Shown: positions 1 to 9,610 of the stretch, piece after piece | Layout of the letters: every line of letters begins with the position of its first letter | Position numbering within the stretch: the stretch's first letter is position 1 | Sequence record: SRR20825010_3322 | Strand: one strand, 5' to 3' | DNA length: 46,669 bases | Program-made: the position numbers and the translations under genes | The notes under the pieces: model-generated | Seen by the model: the letters and a program-made list of their open reading frames with translations, nothing else | The model's database searches: none | Told to the model about the DNA's origin: nothing

Positions 1-2133
1 TTCTACGATCACGGCGATCATATCTGGGGCGGCCCTCCCGGTAGCCCGGAAGAAGACGGAGACCGTTTTGTTGAAATCTGGAATCTTGTCTTTATGCAGT
101 TTGAACAGCTTGCCGGTGGTGAGCGCATCAACCTGCCAAAACCAAGCATTGATACCGGTATGGGCCTGGAGCGCATCGCCGCAGTGATGCAGGGCACCCA
201 CGACAATTATGAGATTGATACCTTTCGCCGCTTGATCGAGGCATCTGTTGACGCAACCGGCGCGCCTGAGAACGAAAATAACAAAGCGTCACATCGCGTG
301 ATTGCGGATCACTTGCGGGCGTGTAGCTTCCTGATCGCTGATGGCGTGCTGCCCTCCAACGAGGGTCGTGGTTACGTGCTGCGCCGTATCATGCGCCGCG
401 CCATGCGCCACGCACACCTTTTGGGTGCCAAGGACCTTGTGATGCATCAGCTTGCGCCCACGCTTGTGAGCGAGATGGGGCAAGCATTCCCTGAGCTTGG
501 TCGCGCACAGCGGCTTATCGAGGAGACCATGAAGCTTGAAGAGGCCCGTTTCCGCCAGATGCTTGATAAGGGCCTGCGGCTCCTTGAAGACGAGCTGGAA
601 AAGGTTGCTGAGGACAAGGAACTGCCGGGTGATGTGGCGTTTAAGCTTTATGACACCTACGGGTTCCCGCTGGATCTGACACAGGATCACCTGCGGGGGC
701 AAGGCCGCAAGGTGGATGTGGACGGCTTTAACACCGCGATGAATGAACAGCGCGCCAAAGCACGTGCCGCCTGGGCTGGCTCCGGTGACGCTGCTACCGA
801 GCAGGTCTGGTTTGATATCAAGGACGAAACCGGCGCGACTGAGTTTGTTGGCTACAATACCGAACACGCTGAGGGGCAGGTCGTTGCCCTGGTGAAAGAC
901 GGTACGCGTGTTGACGCAGCAGGTAAGGATGACGAGGTTCTACTGGTTACGAATCAGACGCCGTTTTATGGCGAAAGTGGTGGCCAGATGGGTGACACCG
1001 GTACGCTGAAAACCGACGACGGTACTGCGCTGACGGTAACCGACACAGCAAAAATGGTCGGCAGCCTGCACGTTCATAAATGCAAGGTTGAGCAGGGCAC
1101 CATTAAGGTTGGCGACGCGATTGATATGGCTGTCGATGGAGCTCGCCGTGCGCGCCTGCGCGCCAACCACTCTGCCACGCACGTGCTGCACGAGGTGCTG
1201 CGCCGCGAGCTCGGTGATCATGTAACCCAGAAGGGTTCCCTTGTGGCGCCAGACCGGTTGCGCTTCGATATTTCTCACCCAAAAGCCGTCTCTGAGGATG
1301 AGCTTGCTGCTGTGGAGCGAGAAGTGAACCGCATCATCCGCGACAACGCGGAGGTGCAGACACGACTTTTGAGTTATGACGATGCCATTGAAGCAGGTGC
1401 CATGGCGTTATTTGGTGAAAAATACGGTGACGAAGTTCGTGTCGTTTCCATGGGCGACAATGATGCCAAGGACAAGCCGCATTATTCGGTTGAGCTTTGT
1501 GGCGGCACCCATGTGGGCCGCTTGGGTGATATTGCCCTGTTCACGATTGTTGGTGAAAGCGCTGTGTCGTCGGGCGTGCGTCGGATTGAGGCGCTGACAG
1601 GGGCTGCGGCGCACGATCACCTGATTAACCAGCAGAAACTGCTCAAGGACGCTGCTGGTCAGATGAAAACCAGCCCGGCCGAGTTGACGGACCGCATCGC
1701 AGCTTTGCAAGCTGAGCGCAAGTCGTTGGAAAAAGAGCTGACAGAGGCACGCAAAAAAGCGGCGCTTGGTGGTGGCGGTGCCTCAACGGGGCCAGCAGTG
1801 AAAGAAATCGCTGGTATTAAATTCCTTGGCCAAGTGCTTGATGGTGTACAGGCTCGCGATCTGCGCGGCATGGCCGATGATGCCAAAAAGTCGATCGGCA
1901 GCGGGGTTGTGTCGTTAATTGCTGTCAACGACGGCAAGGCTGCTATCCTTGTTGGTGTGACCGACGACCTGACCGACAAGATCAGCGCAGTTGACCTTGT
2001 GCGCACGGGCGCTGAAGCCCTTGGCGGCAAAGGTGGCGGCGGACGCCCGGATATGGCGCAGGCGGGTGGCCCGGACGGCAGCAAGGCCGCAGAGGCCGTT
2101 AGTGCTATTGAAAGTGCCCTAGGGGCACTCTAA
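1..2133 (+). CDS. alaS: Alanine--tRNA ligase (5' end outside window)
   Basis: Frame open from base 1 ([24 protein letters not shown]); [13 protein letters not shown] and ELCGGTH editing motifs, C-terminal [15 protein letters not shown]. Confidence 0.99.
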   Translation, partial: FYDHGDHIWGGPPGSPEEDGDRFVEIWNLVFMQFEQLAGGERINLPKPSIDTGMGLERIAAVMQGTHDNYEIDTFRRLIEASVDATGAPENENNKASHRVIADHLRACSFLIADGVLPSNEGRGYVLRRIMRRAMRHAHLLGAKDLVMHQLAPTLVSEMGQAFPELGRAQRLIEETMKLEEARFRQMLDKGLRLLEDELEKVAEDKELPGDVAFKLYDTYGFPLDLTQDHLRGQGRKVDVDGFNTAMNEQRAKARAAWAGSGDAATEQVWFDIKDETGATEFVGYNTEHAEGQVVALVKDGTRVDAAGKDDEVLLVTNQTPFYGESGGQMGDTGTLKTDDGTALTVTDTAKMVGSLHVHKCKVEQGTIKVGDAIDMAVDGARRARLRANHSATHVLHEVLRRELGDHVTQKGSLVAPDRLRFDISHPKAVSEDELAAVEREVNRIIRDNAEVQTRLLSYDDAIEAGAMALFGEKYGDEVRVVSMGDNDAKDKPHYSVELCGGTHVGRLGDIALFTIVGESAVSSGVRRIEALTGAAAHDHLINQQKLLKDAAGQMKTSPAELTDRIAALQAERKSLEKELTEARKKAALGGGGASTGPAVKEIAGIKFLGQVLDGVQARDLRGMADDAKKSIGSGVVSLIAVNDGKAAILVGVTDDLTDKISAVDLVRTGAEALGGKGGGGRPDMAQAGGPDGSKAAEAVSAIESALGAL

Positions 2134-2152
2134 CGCTGCAGAATTTGAAGAT

Positions 2153-2188
2153 AAAAAAAAGGCCGCTCAATTCGAGCGGCCTTTTTAT
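2153..2188. terminator. Bidirectional intrinsic terminator between alaS and icd
   Basis: A-tract, GGCCGCTC-aattc-GAGCGGCC hairpin, T-tract between convergent genes. Confidence 0.9.
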
Positions 2189-2205
2189 TGGTATCGAGCT
2201 TGGAT

Positions 2206-3420
2206 TTAACCGAGTTCGGATTTCAGGTTCTGGTCGACCTTGTCGAAGAACTGGCCTGTGGTCATCCAGCTTTGGTTCGGGCCGATCAACAGCGCCAGAT
2301 CTTTGGTCATGGAGCCGGTTTCAACTGTGTTGATACATACTTTCTCAACAGCTTCCGCGAAATTAACCACTTCTGGTGTGCCGTCCATCTTGCCGCGATA
2401 CTTCAGGCCACGTGTCCACGCAAAGATCGAAGCAATCGGGTTTGTGGATGTCTCTTTGCCTTCCTGATGCTGGCGGTAGTGACGGGTCACTGTGCCGTGG
2501 GCAGCTTCAGATTCAACGGTTTTTCCGTCTGGTGTCATCAGAACCGAGGTCATCAGACCAAGCGAGCCAAAGCCTTGGGCCACGGTGTCAGATTGCACGT
2601 CACCGTCATAGTTCTTACAGGCCCAAACAAAACCACCAGCCCATTTCATCGCGCACGCAACCATATCATCGATCAGGCGGTGTTCGTATGTGATGCCGGC
2701 GTCCTTGAACTTGTCAGCAAATTCGTTTTCATACACTTCCATGAACAGGTCTTTGAAGCGGCCATCATAGGCCTTCAAAATCGTGTTCTTTGTGGAAAGG
2801 TAAACCGGCCACTGGCGGTTGAGGCCGTAGTTCATGCAGGCGCGGGCGAAATCGCGGATGCTGGCATCCACGTTATACATGCCCATGGCAACGCCAGCTT
2901 CTTCAAACTCGTAAACTTCACGTTCAATCGCAGCACCACCGTCTGATGGCTCAAACTTCATGGTGAGTTTACCGGCGCCGGGAACAAGGAAGTCTGTCGC
3001 ACGGTACTGGTCACCAAAAGCATGACGACCGATAACGATCGGTTTGGTCCAGCCTGGAACGAGGCGAGGTACGTTTTTCATGATGATCGGCTCACGGAAC
3101 ACGGTCCCGCCGAGAATGTTACGGATCGTGCCGTTCGGGCTACGCCACATTTTCTTGAGGTCAAATTCCTCAACGCGCTGCTCGTCCGGTGTGATCGTCG
3201 CACATTTTACACCTACGCCATGTTCTTTGATGGCATTGGCTGCGTCAACGGTGATCTGGTCATCGGTTTCATCGCGCTTGGTGACAGAGAGATCATAATA
3301 AAGAAGATCAACATTAAGGTATGGCTGGATCAAACGTTCACGGATCCACTGCCAGATGATCCTGGTCATTTCGTCGCCGTCGATTTCAACGATCGGATTT
3401 TTTACGGTAATTTTGCTCAT
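2206..3420 (-). CDS. icd: NADP-dependent isocitrate dehydrogenase
   Basis: [43 protein letters not shown] motifs. Confidence 0.98.
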   Translation of the reverse strand: MSKITVKNPIVEIDGDEMTRIIWQWIRERLIQPYLNVDLLYYDLSVTKRDETDDQITVDAANAIKEHGVGVKCATITPDEQRVEEFDLKKMWRSPNGTIRNILGGTVFREPIIMKNVPRLVPGWTKPIVIGRHAFGDQYRATDFLVPGAGKLTMKFEPSDGGAAIEREVYEFEEAGVAMGMYNVDASIRDFARACMNYGLNRQWPVYLSTKNTILKAYDGRFKDLFMEVYENEFADKFKDAGITYEHRLIDDMVACAMKWAGGFVWACKNYDGDVQSDTVAQGFGSLGLMTSVLMTPDGKTVESEAAHGTVTRHYRQHQEGKETSTNPIASIFAWTRGLKYRGKMDGTPEVVNFAEAVEKVCINTVETGSMTKDLALLIGPNQSWMTTGQFFDKVDQNLKSELG

Positions 3421-3574
3421 TGGTCCCTCAAACTAGTTTTGTCCCAAAGGGTAATATAGTGCGCCCTTGCAACATAGGCGCTGAATTTGCGCGCACCCTA
3501 TCACCAGAATTCAATAAGTTGAAGAGCGAACGTCCGCTATTTTTAGTGTTGGACGCATCTTCGCCCCATTTTCG

Positions 3575-4192
3575 TCAGATCAGTTCGGTTTTAGCGGGCT
3601 CTTGTGGTGTGTATGAAGCGTTCAGAAGCTCGATTGCGCCTTCTGCTGTTTCCACTACCTGCAAAAGCTCGGCATTTTCTTTTGCCGCGAAACCGCCCTC
3701 GACCACGTGGTCAATCAGCTCGATAAGCGGTGACCAATAGTCGTTATGATTAAGTAGGATGATCGGCTTTTTGTGCAAGCTCAGTTGCGCCCAGGTCATG
3801 ATCTCAAGCGTTTCATCCAGCGTGCCAAGCCCGCCAGGTAACACAACAAAGGCGTCTGACCGGTCAAACATCATCTTCTTACGTTCGTGCATATTCTGGG
3901 TGATGTGCAGTTCCGTTAGGCCATCCTGGGTTATTTCAACCGCATCAAGATGTTCGGGGATGATGCCAATCACCGGGGCGCCAGCATCGCGCGCTGCACG
4001 AGCCACCACACCCATCAAGCCAATACTGCCTGCGCCGTAAACCAGGCCCATGTCATTCTTGGCAATCAAAACCCCCAGCTCATGGGCAAGTTTTTCAAAA
4101 TCGGGGCGGTTTCCCATGCGAGAACCGCAATATACACAGACATTCTTGATCACAGAAAGTTTTCCCGGCTTTGAGCTGGAGAGAGGTTGCAC
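3575..4192 (-). CDS. LOG family (TIGR00730-like) nucleotide phosphoribohydrolase
   Basis: VCVYCGS, GLMG, MHERK, PGGLGTLDE motifs; GTG at 4192 follows AAAGGA (start uncertain). Confidence 0.9.
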   Translation of the reverse strand: MQPLSSSKPGKLSVIKNVCVYCGSRMGNRPDFEKLAHELGVLIAKNDMGLVYGAGSIGLMGVVARAARDAGAPVIGIIPEHLDAVEITQDGLTELHITQNMHERKKMMFDRSDAFVVLPGGLGTLDETLEIMTWAQLSLHKKPIILLNHNDYWSPLIELIDHVVEGGFAAKENAELLQVVETAEGAIELLNASYTPQEPAKTELI

Positions 4193-4354
4193 TATGGGAT
4201 CCTTTGCACATATGGGATAGAAGATGTGAGTTAGGTCAAAGTTTTGACATGTTTGTAGTAAAATCATCTTCCATTATAAAGGCCCGATTGTTAAGGCTTT
4301 GTTGAACAGCTAGTATGGTGTGAAATGGGCCCACTTGAAAGCAGAAGCGATGAC

Positions 4355-5359
4355 ATGCGTAAGATAGTGATCGGTGCGGTAACCGCAGCGATTGGCCTTG
4401 CGGCTGTGCTTTATGTCGTGCTTGACGATGAAGCGGCGCCGCCGTCTCCGGAAGTCAGTACGCAGGCCCCCGGTCAATCTGCCGGTGAGGAAGTCGCGAA
4501 AGAGCTTATCCCTGAGTTTGACCTTGTGCGTATTTCGCGCGGGGGAACCGGTGTTATCGCGGGCCGCATGGCGCCGGGTGCGCGTGTTGAACTGTATGCT
4601 AACGGCAAAAAAGTCTCGGAAGTTGTCGCGAATGATGACGGCGAATGGGTAATGATTTTGCAGGAGCCGCTTGAAGCTGGCTCGGTTGAATTGAACCTCA
4701 AGGCTGTTGGAAAAAGCGACGGCAAGGTCGCGGAAGCAGACAATGTTGTTGTGGTTTCAGTGCCCGAGCGTGACGACAGCCGCTTTATTGAGCGCGAGCA
4801 AAATGGCGTGGTTGCAGTTCTTACCCCCAAAAGCGGGGACGGGGCCAGCACGGTACTCCAGAAACCGGGTGTTGCGGCCTTTGGCGAAGTAGGTGAAAGC
4901 CTGAGCGTTGATACCATTGACTATGGCGACGGTGGCGCTGCGATTTTTGCAGGCCGTTCACTGCCGCGAGTGGATGTAAGGCTTTATCTGGACGGTGAGT
5001 TTGTTGGCAACGTGCGCGCGAGCGACAGCGGCCGCTGGACCATTCCACTGGAAGGTAGCACCCTAGCACCCGGTCAGCACATGATCCGGGTTGACCAGAC
5101 AATCGGGGATGGTCAGGTCCAGCTTCGTATCGAACAGCCGTTTGAAGCGGGCGAGGCCATCGACCCTTCCGTGGCTGAAGGCGGTGTATTTGTGAAGCCG
5201 GGCAATACGCTGTGGCAAATTGCCCGTCAGCTATACGGCTCTGGCGTGCGCTATACGGTTATCTTCCGGGAGAATAGCGAGCAGATCAGGGACCCGGACA
5301 TGATTTTCCCCGGGCAGATTTTCCGTCTACCCAGCAGATCGTCTCAGGAAAAAGAATAA
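4355..5359 (+). CDS. Membrane-anchored Ig-like repeat + C-terminal LysM peptidoglycan-binding protein
   Basis: N-terminal TM helix; two G-x-W Ig-like repeats; VKPGNTLWQIARQLYG..IRDPDMIFPGQ LysM. Confidence 0.9.
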   Translation: MRKIVIGAVTAAIGLAAVLYVVLDDEAAPPSPEVSTQAPGQSAGEEVAKELIPEFDLVRISRGGTGVIAGRMAPGARVELYANGKKVSEVVANDDGEWVMILQEPLEAGSVELNLKAVGKSDGKVAEADNVVVVSVPERDDSRFIEREQNGVVAVLTPKSGDGASTVLQKPGVAAFGEVGESLSVDTIDYGDGGAAIFAGRSLPRVDVRLYLDGEFVGNVRASDSGRWTIPLEGSTLAPGQHMIRVDQTIGDGQVQLRIEQPFEAGEAIDPSVAEGGVFVKPGNTLWQIARQLYGSGVRYTVIFRENSEQIRDPDMIFPGQIFRLPSRSSQEKE

Positions 5360-5361
5360 TC

Positions 5362-5775
5362 TCAGGCCTCAACCGGCTTGAGGTGCGAGCGCAGGGCTCG
5401 CAGGTGGGTCTCTGATTCCAGCAGTATAAGCGTGAGAGCGCTCATGAGGGCTGAGCCGGTGAGTTGCTGGTCTGTTTCAGTCACGCTCTGAAAGCTGACG
5501 TCACCATTTTTTTCAATACGGTAAGCGCCGTCAATGCCCCGGTTTGTGGCATATACGCGCTCAATCGCCATGGTGCGCTGTGCAGCGTCTTCCACGGTAA
5601 AATAAAGCCGGCCAAGCTTTGCAGATAGCTGTATCTTGCCTGCTTTATCGCTTGTGGCATCCGCGGTCGCGTGGAAACGAATGCCTTCCCACTCAAAGTC
5701 TATCTGATCGAAATATTGGTCTTCCAGGCTATCCAGGTGCCCCTGGACCTTGTCGAGCGTTTCATGAAGTTTCAT
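5362..5775 (-). CDS. Hypothetical protein (137 aa)
   Basis: Clean ORF filling the gap, upstream GAGGGA; no family recognised. Confidence 0.75.
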   Translation of the reverse strand: MKLHETLDKVQGHLDSLEDQYFDQIDFEWEGIRFHATADATSDKAGKIQLSAKLGRLYFTVEDAAQRTMAIERVYATNRGIDGAYRIEKNGDVSFQSVTETDQQLTGSALMSALTLILLESETHLRALRSHLKPVEA

Positions 5776-5839
5776 GGAGCCCCATTTCCCTCGTTACAAC
5801 AGCTGCCACCGCTTTGTATGTAAGCATCGCGCTTTCTGT

Positions 5840-5854
5840 TTAAACAAGCGTTAA
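5840..5854. promoter_or_regulatory. CtrA-type binding site TTAA-N7-TTAA
   Basis: TTAA-acaagcg-TTAA in the divergent intergenic region between the hypothetical gene and psd. Confidence 0.6.
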
Positions 5855-6008
5855 TGCCGTGCCTCCGTTTTGGACGATTGTTAGGGGAACGCGCAAGCAT
5901 TATGTTAAAAAAAGGCGAGCGCAAGACCGTGCGACTTGACTTGGACTTGACTGGCGCACAGCAAATCGCCAGTGTGTGCCAAATTTAAGTTACCTGAAGG
6001 GCAAGTAC

Positions 6009-6671
6009 ATGAAGGCAATGGACGTAGTAATGACGCCAATCCACAAGGAAGGGCATGTCTTTGTGGTGATTTTTTTCGCCGTATCGATAGGCTTGTTTTT
6101 CCTTGCTGAACCTCTTGGTTGGGTTGGGTTGATTCTGACTGCGTGGTGTCTTTATTTCTTCCGTGACCCTGAGCGGGTTGTGCCCCAGGACGCGGGTATT
6201 CTCGTGAGCCCTGCGGACGGCACTGTCTGCGCGATCACCGAAGCTGCACCGCCTGCGGAGCTTGGCATGGGCGACGAGCCCTGCACGCGTATCTCCATTT
6301 TTCTTTCTGTCTTTAATGTGCACGTGAACCGTTTGCCAGCGGCGGGCGAGATTACGGGCATGGCTTATGTGCCGGGTAAATACCTGAATGCTGCGGCAAG
6401 CGAGGCGAGCGACGAGAACGAACGTCAGTTGATCCGTATGACCACAGAAGACGGTCATGACATCGCGTTTGCACAAGTGGCAGGCCTTGTGGCGCGCCGT
6501 ATTCTATGTGATCTCCATATCGGTGACAACCATGGCCGCGGTGAACGTTTTGGTCTTATCCGGTTTGGTAGCCGTACAGATATCTACCTTGACAAAAAAC
6601 TCGCGCCCAAGGTCAGCGTGGGTCAAACCATGATTGGTGGCGAAACCGTGATTGCAGCGTCAGCCGAATAG
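6009..6671 (+). CDS. psd: Phosphatidylserine decarboxylase proenzyme
   Basis: FFRDPER, SPADG, SIFLSVFNVH, NER, RFGS cleavage motif; adjacent to pssA. Confidence 0.96.
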   Translation: MKAMDVVMTPIHKEGHVFVVIFFAVSIGLFFLAEPLGWVGLILTAWCLYFFRDPERVVPQDAGILVSPADGTVCAITEAAPPAELGMGDEPCTRISIFLSVFNVHVNRLPAAGEITGMAYVPGKYLNAAASEASDENERQLIRMTTEDGHDIAFAQVAGLVARRILCDLHIGDNHGRGERFGLIRFGSRTDIYLDKKLAPKVSVGQTMIGGETVIAASAE

Positions 6672-6703
6672 CTGGCAGCGCAGGGAACAGGGAAGGCAGC
6701 TTA

Positions 6704-7468
6704 ATGGCTAAAGAAAAAGCACTGCTCTTTCGGGCGTTCTCTATTCGTACAATTTTGCCGAACGTTGTGACGCTGTTTGCCTTTATGGCGGGGCTGACCT
6801 CTATCCGATTTGCCCTCGCGGGCAAGTGGGAGATGGCGGTTTTTGCGATCCTGTTGGCGGGTGTGTTTGACGGCCTTGACGGTACGGTTGCGCGCCTTCT
6901 CAAAAGTACGAGCCGCTTTGGCGCGGAGCTGGATTCGCTCTCGGATGTTGTCTCGTTCGGTGTTGCACCCGCTGTTGTGCTATATCTCTGGGGCCTGCAG
7001 TCTCTTGACCGGCTTGGATGGGCCGTGGCGCTTATTTACGCCACAGCCATGGCGCTTAGGCTCGCCCGGTTCAATGCCCGTATGGACGACGAGGAAGAGC
7101 CTCGCAAGCGCCTTGGTTTCCTCACCGGCGTTCCGGCCCCAATGGGTGCCAGCCTTCTTCTTATCCCGTTGATGGTCGATTTCGCCTTTGAGGCGTCTGT
7201 AATGCAGAAGTGGGGCCTGGTGGTGGCGGCCTATGCCGTCGGCGTGGCCGTTCTTATCATCTCAACCTTCCCGACGGTGTCGTTGAAGGCGCTTCGCATC
7301 CGGCGAGACTTCTTTGTGCCGTTAATGCTGGTGATTGGTGTCGTGATTGCCGGGCTGTTTGTACGCACCTGGCTGGTGATGATCCTGATCGGCACGATCT
7401 ATGTGATCAGCATGCCGTGGTCATATTTCGCTTATGAGAAGCGGCGCAAGCAGAAGCGGATGGACTAG
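6704..7468 (+). CDS. pssA: CDP-diacylglycerol--serine O-phosphatidyltransferase
   Basis: DGLDGxxAR..FGAELDSLSD CDP-alcohol phosphotransferase motif; RLARFN. Confidence 0.95.
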   Translation: MAKEKALLFRAFSIRTILPNVVTLFAFMAGLTSIRFALAGKWEMAVFAILLAGVFDGLDGTVARLLKSTSRFGAELDSLSDVVSFGVAPAVVLYLWGLQSLDRLGWAVALIYATAMALRLARFNARMDDEEEPRKRLGFLTGVPAPMGASLLLIPLMVDFAFEASVMQKWGLVVAAYAVGVAVLIISTFPTVSLKALRIRRDFFVPLMLVIGVVIAGLFVRTWLVMILIGTIYVISMPWSYFAYEKRRKQKRMD

Positions 7469-7469
7469 G

Positions 7470-8009
7470 CTATTCTAGACTGCCTGCCTGGGCCGGGGCT
7501 TCCGTGTTCAACGCAAACCTGTTTTCTTCGAGGAAGCGTGTGGCGGCCTGCTGCATTGTAATACCATACTGGAGCACAAAGCGGGCGGCATCGCCTTCTT
7601 CATTCTCAAGCAAAGCTTGTAGAAGCGCGATCTGTTTATGGTGATGGGTGATCCTGTCGCTGATCAGCACATCAATGCGGCTTGGGGCAACAGCCTCGGC
7701 AAAAAGAAGAGCCGCAAGGAACTCAGACCTGTTCTTGTCTGGCTTGGGAGAATGCGCCAGCGCCGTCTCCAGCGTGGTGCGGCCTTCAGCCGTCAAGCTG
7801 TAGACCTTGCGGTCTGGCCTGCTTTCCTGCGCCTCGGTGCGGCAATTCACCAGGCCTTCTTCGGTGAGCTTCGTCAGGGCAGGGTAGATGGAGCCATAGC
7901 TGGCTTCGGAGAAGAAGCTGAAAGCGCCTTCTGCAACCATCTTCTTGATGTCGTAGCCGGTGGTGTCGCCCAGGCTGAGAATGCCGAGGCACAGGGTGCG
8001 GATATCCAT
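7470..8009 (-). CDS. PadR/AphA family transcriptional regulator
   Basis: TGYDIKK..SYGSIYPALxKL..RKVYSLTxEGR winged helix. Confidence 0.93.
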   Translation of the reverse strand: MDIRTLCLGILSLGDTTGYDIKKMVAEGAFSFFSEASYGSIYPALTKLTEEGLVNCRTEAQESRPDRKVYSLTAEGRTTLETALAHSPKPDKNRSEFLAALLFAEAVAPSRIDVLISDRITHHHKQIALLQALLENEEGDAARFVLQYGITMQQAATRFLEENRFALNTEAPAQAGSLE

Positions 8010-8026
8010 AAGTACTTCGCTGCCTT

Positions 8027-8045
8027 TATATCGTGCTGAGATATA
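8027..8045. promoter_or_regulatory. Palindrome TATATC-N7-GATATA, candidate PadR autoregulatory operator
   Basis: Perfect 6-bp inverted repeat ~18 bp upstream of the PadR start. Confidence 0.5.
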
Positions 8046-8212
8046 TCAGTTGGGGAATTTCGCTCGAAAGTAAAGATGCAGGGGATAAAAAATTGCGCAT
8101 ATGTTGGCATCCTAATTGCTTATACGATTGCAGATAATGTGGCGCCAAGCCTTCGGAGTGCGATATTTCTCCGTGTTTTTAGGTGGTTGGCCGACATACG
8201 AAAGGTTTGATC

Positions 8213-9049
8213 ATGATTGCCGCACGTTTAAAAATGGGTTCGTTTCTGGCACATGGGGCAAAACTTGCCTGTGCAGCGCTTGTATTGGGGGGCTGTCAGT
8301 CCAGCAACCTCTGGCAGGGTGAAGAAGTTTTGGTTGAGGCGCGCCAGACCACGCTGGAACGCAGTGTTGGCTCGGTGAATGAAAACCACCGGGAACTGAA
8401 AGACCGCTTTAATGCGCTCGAGCGCCTTTATGTGGATTTGGTTCGCGGTTTGCGCACCCAGAGCGACCAACTCAAGGCGATAGAGCAGCAACTTGCCAAT
8501 TTCCAGAAAGACCCTGAACTGGCGGCAAGCCTGACAAGGGTGAAAAACGACCTTGGCGCTATGCGCAAGGACATGAAGACACTTGAGAACAGAGTGTATT
8601 CCGTTGAGGTAATGGACCGTCAGGCGGCGGCTTTCACGCCAAAAACTGATACTGCGCCCACGGGCACATCCCAAACGGGTGCTGATCCGGAACCTGCGGC
8701 CAACGCTGGTGCCGCCGCAGCAACGCCGGTGGATAACCGCCCTGCGATGCGCAGCCAGACATTTTATGGTGCACATTTGGCGTCTTACCGGTCGCAGGAT
8801 CAGGTGGCATCCGGCTGGCGCAGTCTCTTTAATGCCTTCTCAAATCAGCTCCAGGGGCTTGAGCCTCGTGTTTACACACAGAGCCAGGAGGGTATTGGTA
8901 CGTTCCTTCGCCTTATTGTTGGCCCGATGGAGAACGAAGGGCAGGCAGCAGCCCTTTGTGACAGTATTCGTGCCACCGGAGGTGAACAATACTGCAGGGT
9001 ATCTGAATACCAAGGCGAACCGCTGCCTGAGCCAGCACCGGCAGAATAA
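8213..9049 (+). CDS. Lipoprotein with coiled coil and C-terminal SPOR domain
   Basis: Lipobox LGGC; heptad-rich middle; YGAHLASY..W..L..RLIVGP..A..LC..C SPOR-like C-terminus. Confidence 0.8.
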   Translation: MIAARLKMGSFLAHGAKLACAALVLGGCQSSNLWQGEEVLVEARQTTLERSVGSVNENHRELKDRFNALERLYVDLVRGLRTQSDQLKAIEQQLANFQKDPELAASLTRVKNDLGAMRKDMKTLENRVYSVEVMDRQAAAFTPKTDTAPTGTSQTGADPEPAANAGAAAATPVDNRPAMRSQTFYGAHLASYRSQDQVASGWRSLFNAFSNQLQGLEPRVYTQSQEGIGTFLRLIVGPMENEGQAAALCDSIRATGGEQYCRVSEYQGEPLPEPAPAE

Positions 9050-9066
9050 ACCTGACCAAAGTGTCA

Positions 9067-9095
9067 GAAAACAGGGCCTCCGGGCCCTTTTTTTG
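9067..9095 (+). terminator. Intrinsic terminator after the SPOR gene
   Basis: AGGGCCT-cc-GGGCCCT hairpin followed by T-tract. Confidence 0.8.
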
Positions 9096-9182
9096 TGTCT
9101 AATTGGCAAAAATTTAAATAAATAACAGCGGATGGGGAAAGCCCTCTTGACAGAGAGCGACAAATCTTGTCGGATGCTCCAA

Positions 9183-9340
9183 CCTTCGACACACTCAGTC
9201 GTAGATGATCAACTTGGGGAGGTGCGATCATCTGGGCGCCAGCAATGGCAGCCACTGAGCTACGAAGGCCGGGCATACCTGGGGGTTCGCTCGGATTAGG
9301 CGCGGTGCTACGACCCATATAGGTTGTTCGCCGCGCCTTT
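9183..9340 (+). ncRNA. Putative structured non-coding RNA (family not recognised)
   Basis: Nested helices CCUUCG/CGAAGG, CUCAGU/ACUGAG, UAGAUGAUC/GAUCAUCUG, GCCA-GCAA-UGGC, then CCGGGC/GCUCGG and AGGCGCGG/CCGCGCCU hairpins; TTGACA at 9147-9152; no credible ORF. Confidence 0.65.
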
Positions 9341-9423
9341 CGCTATCTCACCCTATCTCTCACATCCTTGTGTCAGCAATATGACAAAACATCGCAGGTG
9401 ATACCTGTGAGGTGGGCTTAACC

Positions 9424-9597
9424 TTAGAACGTGAGTTTGCGGCCAAAGGATGGCTTCACGTCAACGGCCCATGATGGCTTCCTGAGAAGAGTGCAAAGGC
9501 GTTTGAGCACAAGTGCCATGCCGTCCTGCATGGAGGCCATGCCAATCGCACCAATCATAATAAACATCATCAGAATGAAGATATGTGAAAAAGCCAT
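9424..9597 (-). CDS. 57-aa small membrane protein, putatively SOS-induced (not in ORF track)
   Basis: Manual translation MAFSHIFILMMFIMIGAIGMASMQDGMALVLKRLCTLLRKPSWAVDVKPSFGRKLTF*; RBS AGGAG 8 nt upstream; promoter and two LexA boxes upstream. Confidence 0.75.
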   Translation of the reverse strand: MAFSHIFILMMFIMIGAIGMASMQDGMALVLKRLCTLLRKPSWAVDVKPSFGRKLTF

Positions 9598-9610
9598 GTT
9601 TGCCGCTCCT

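Noticed and set aside
2188-2946. Long antisense ORFs (also 12134-13027, 38724-39545, 40698-41447 and others)
   Set aside because: Shadow frames opposite well-conserved genes, expected from GC-biased codon usage
4291-4305. CtrA box upstream of the LysM gene (TTAA-N7-TTGA)
   Set aside because: One mismatch in an AT-rich promoter region; too weak to call
9064-9318. 84-aa minus-strand ORF over the structured RNA
   Set aside because: No RBS or recognisable protein features, and it runs through a terminator; extensive base-pairing explains the region better
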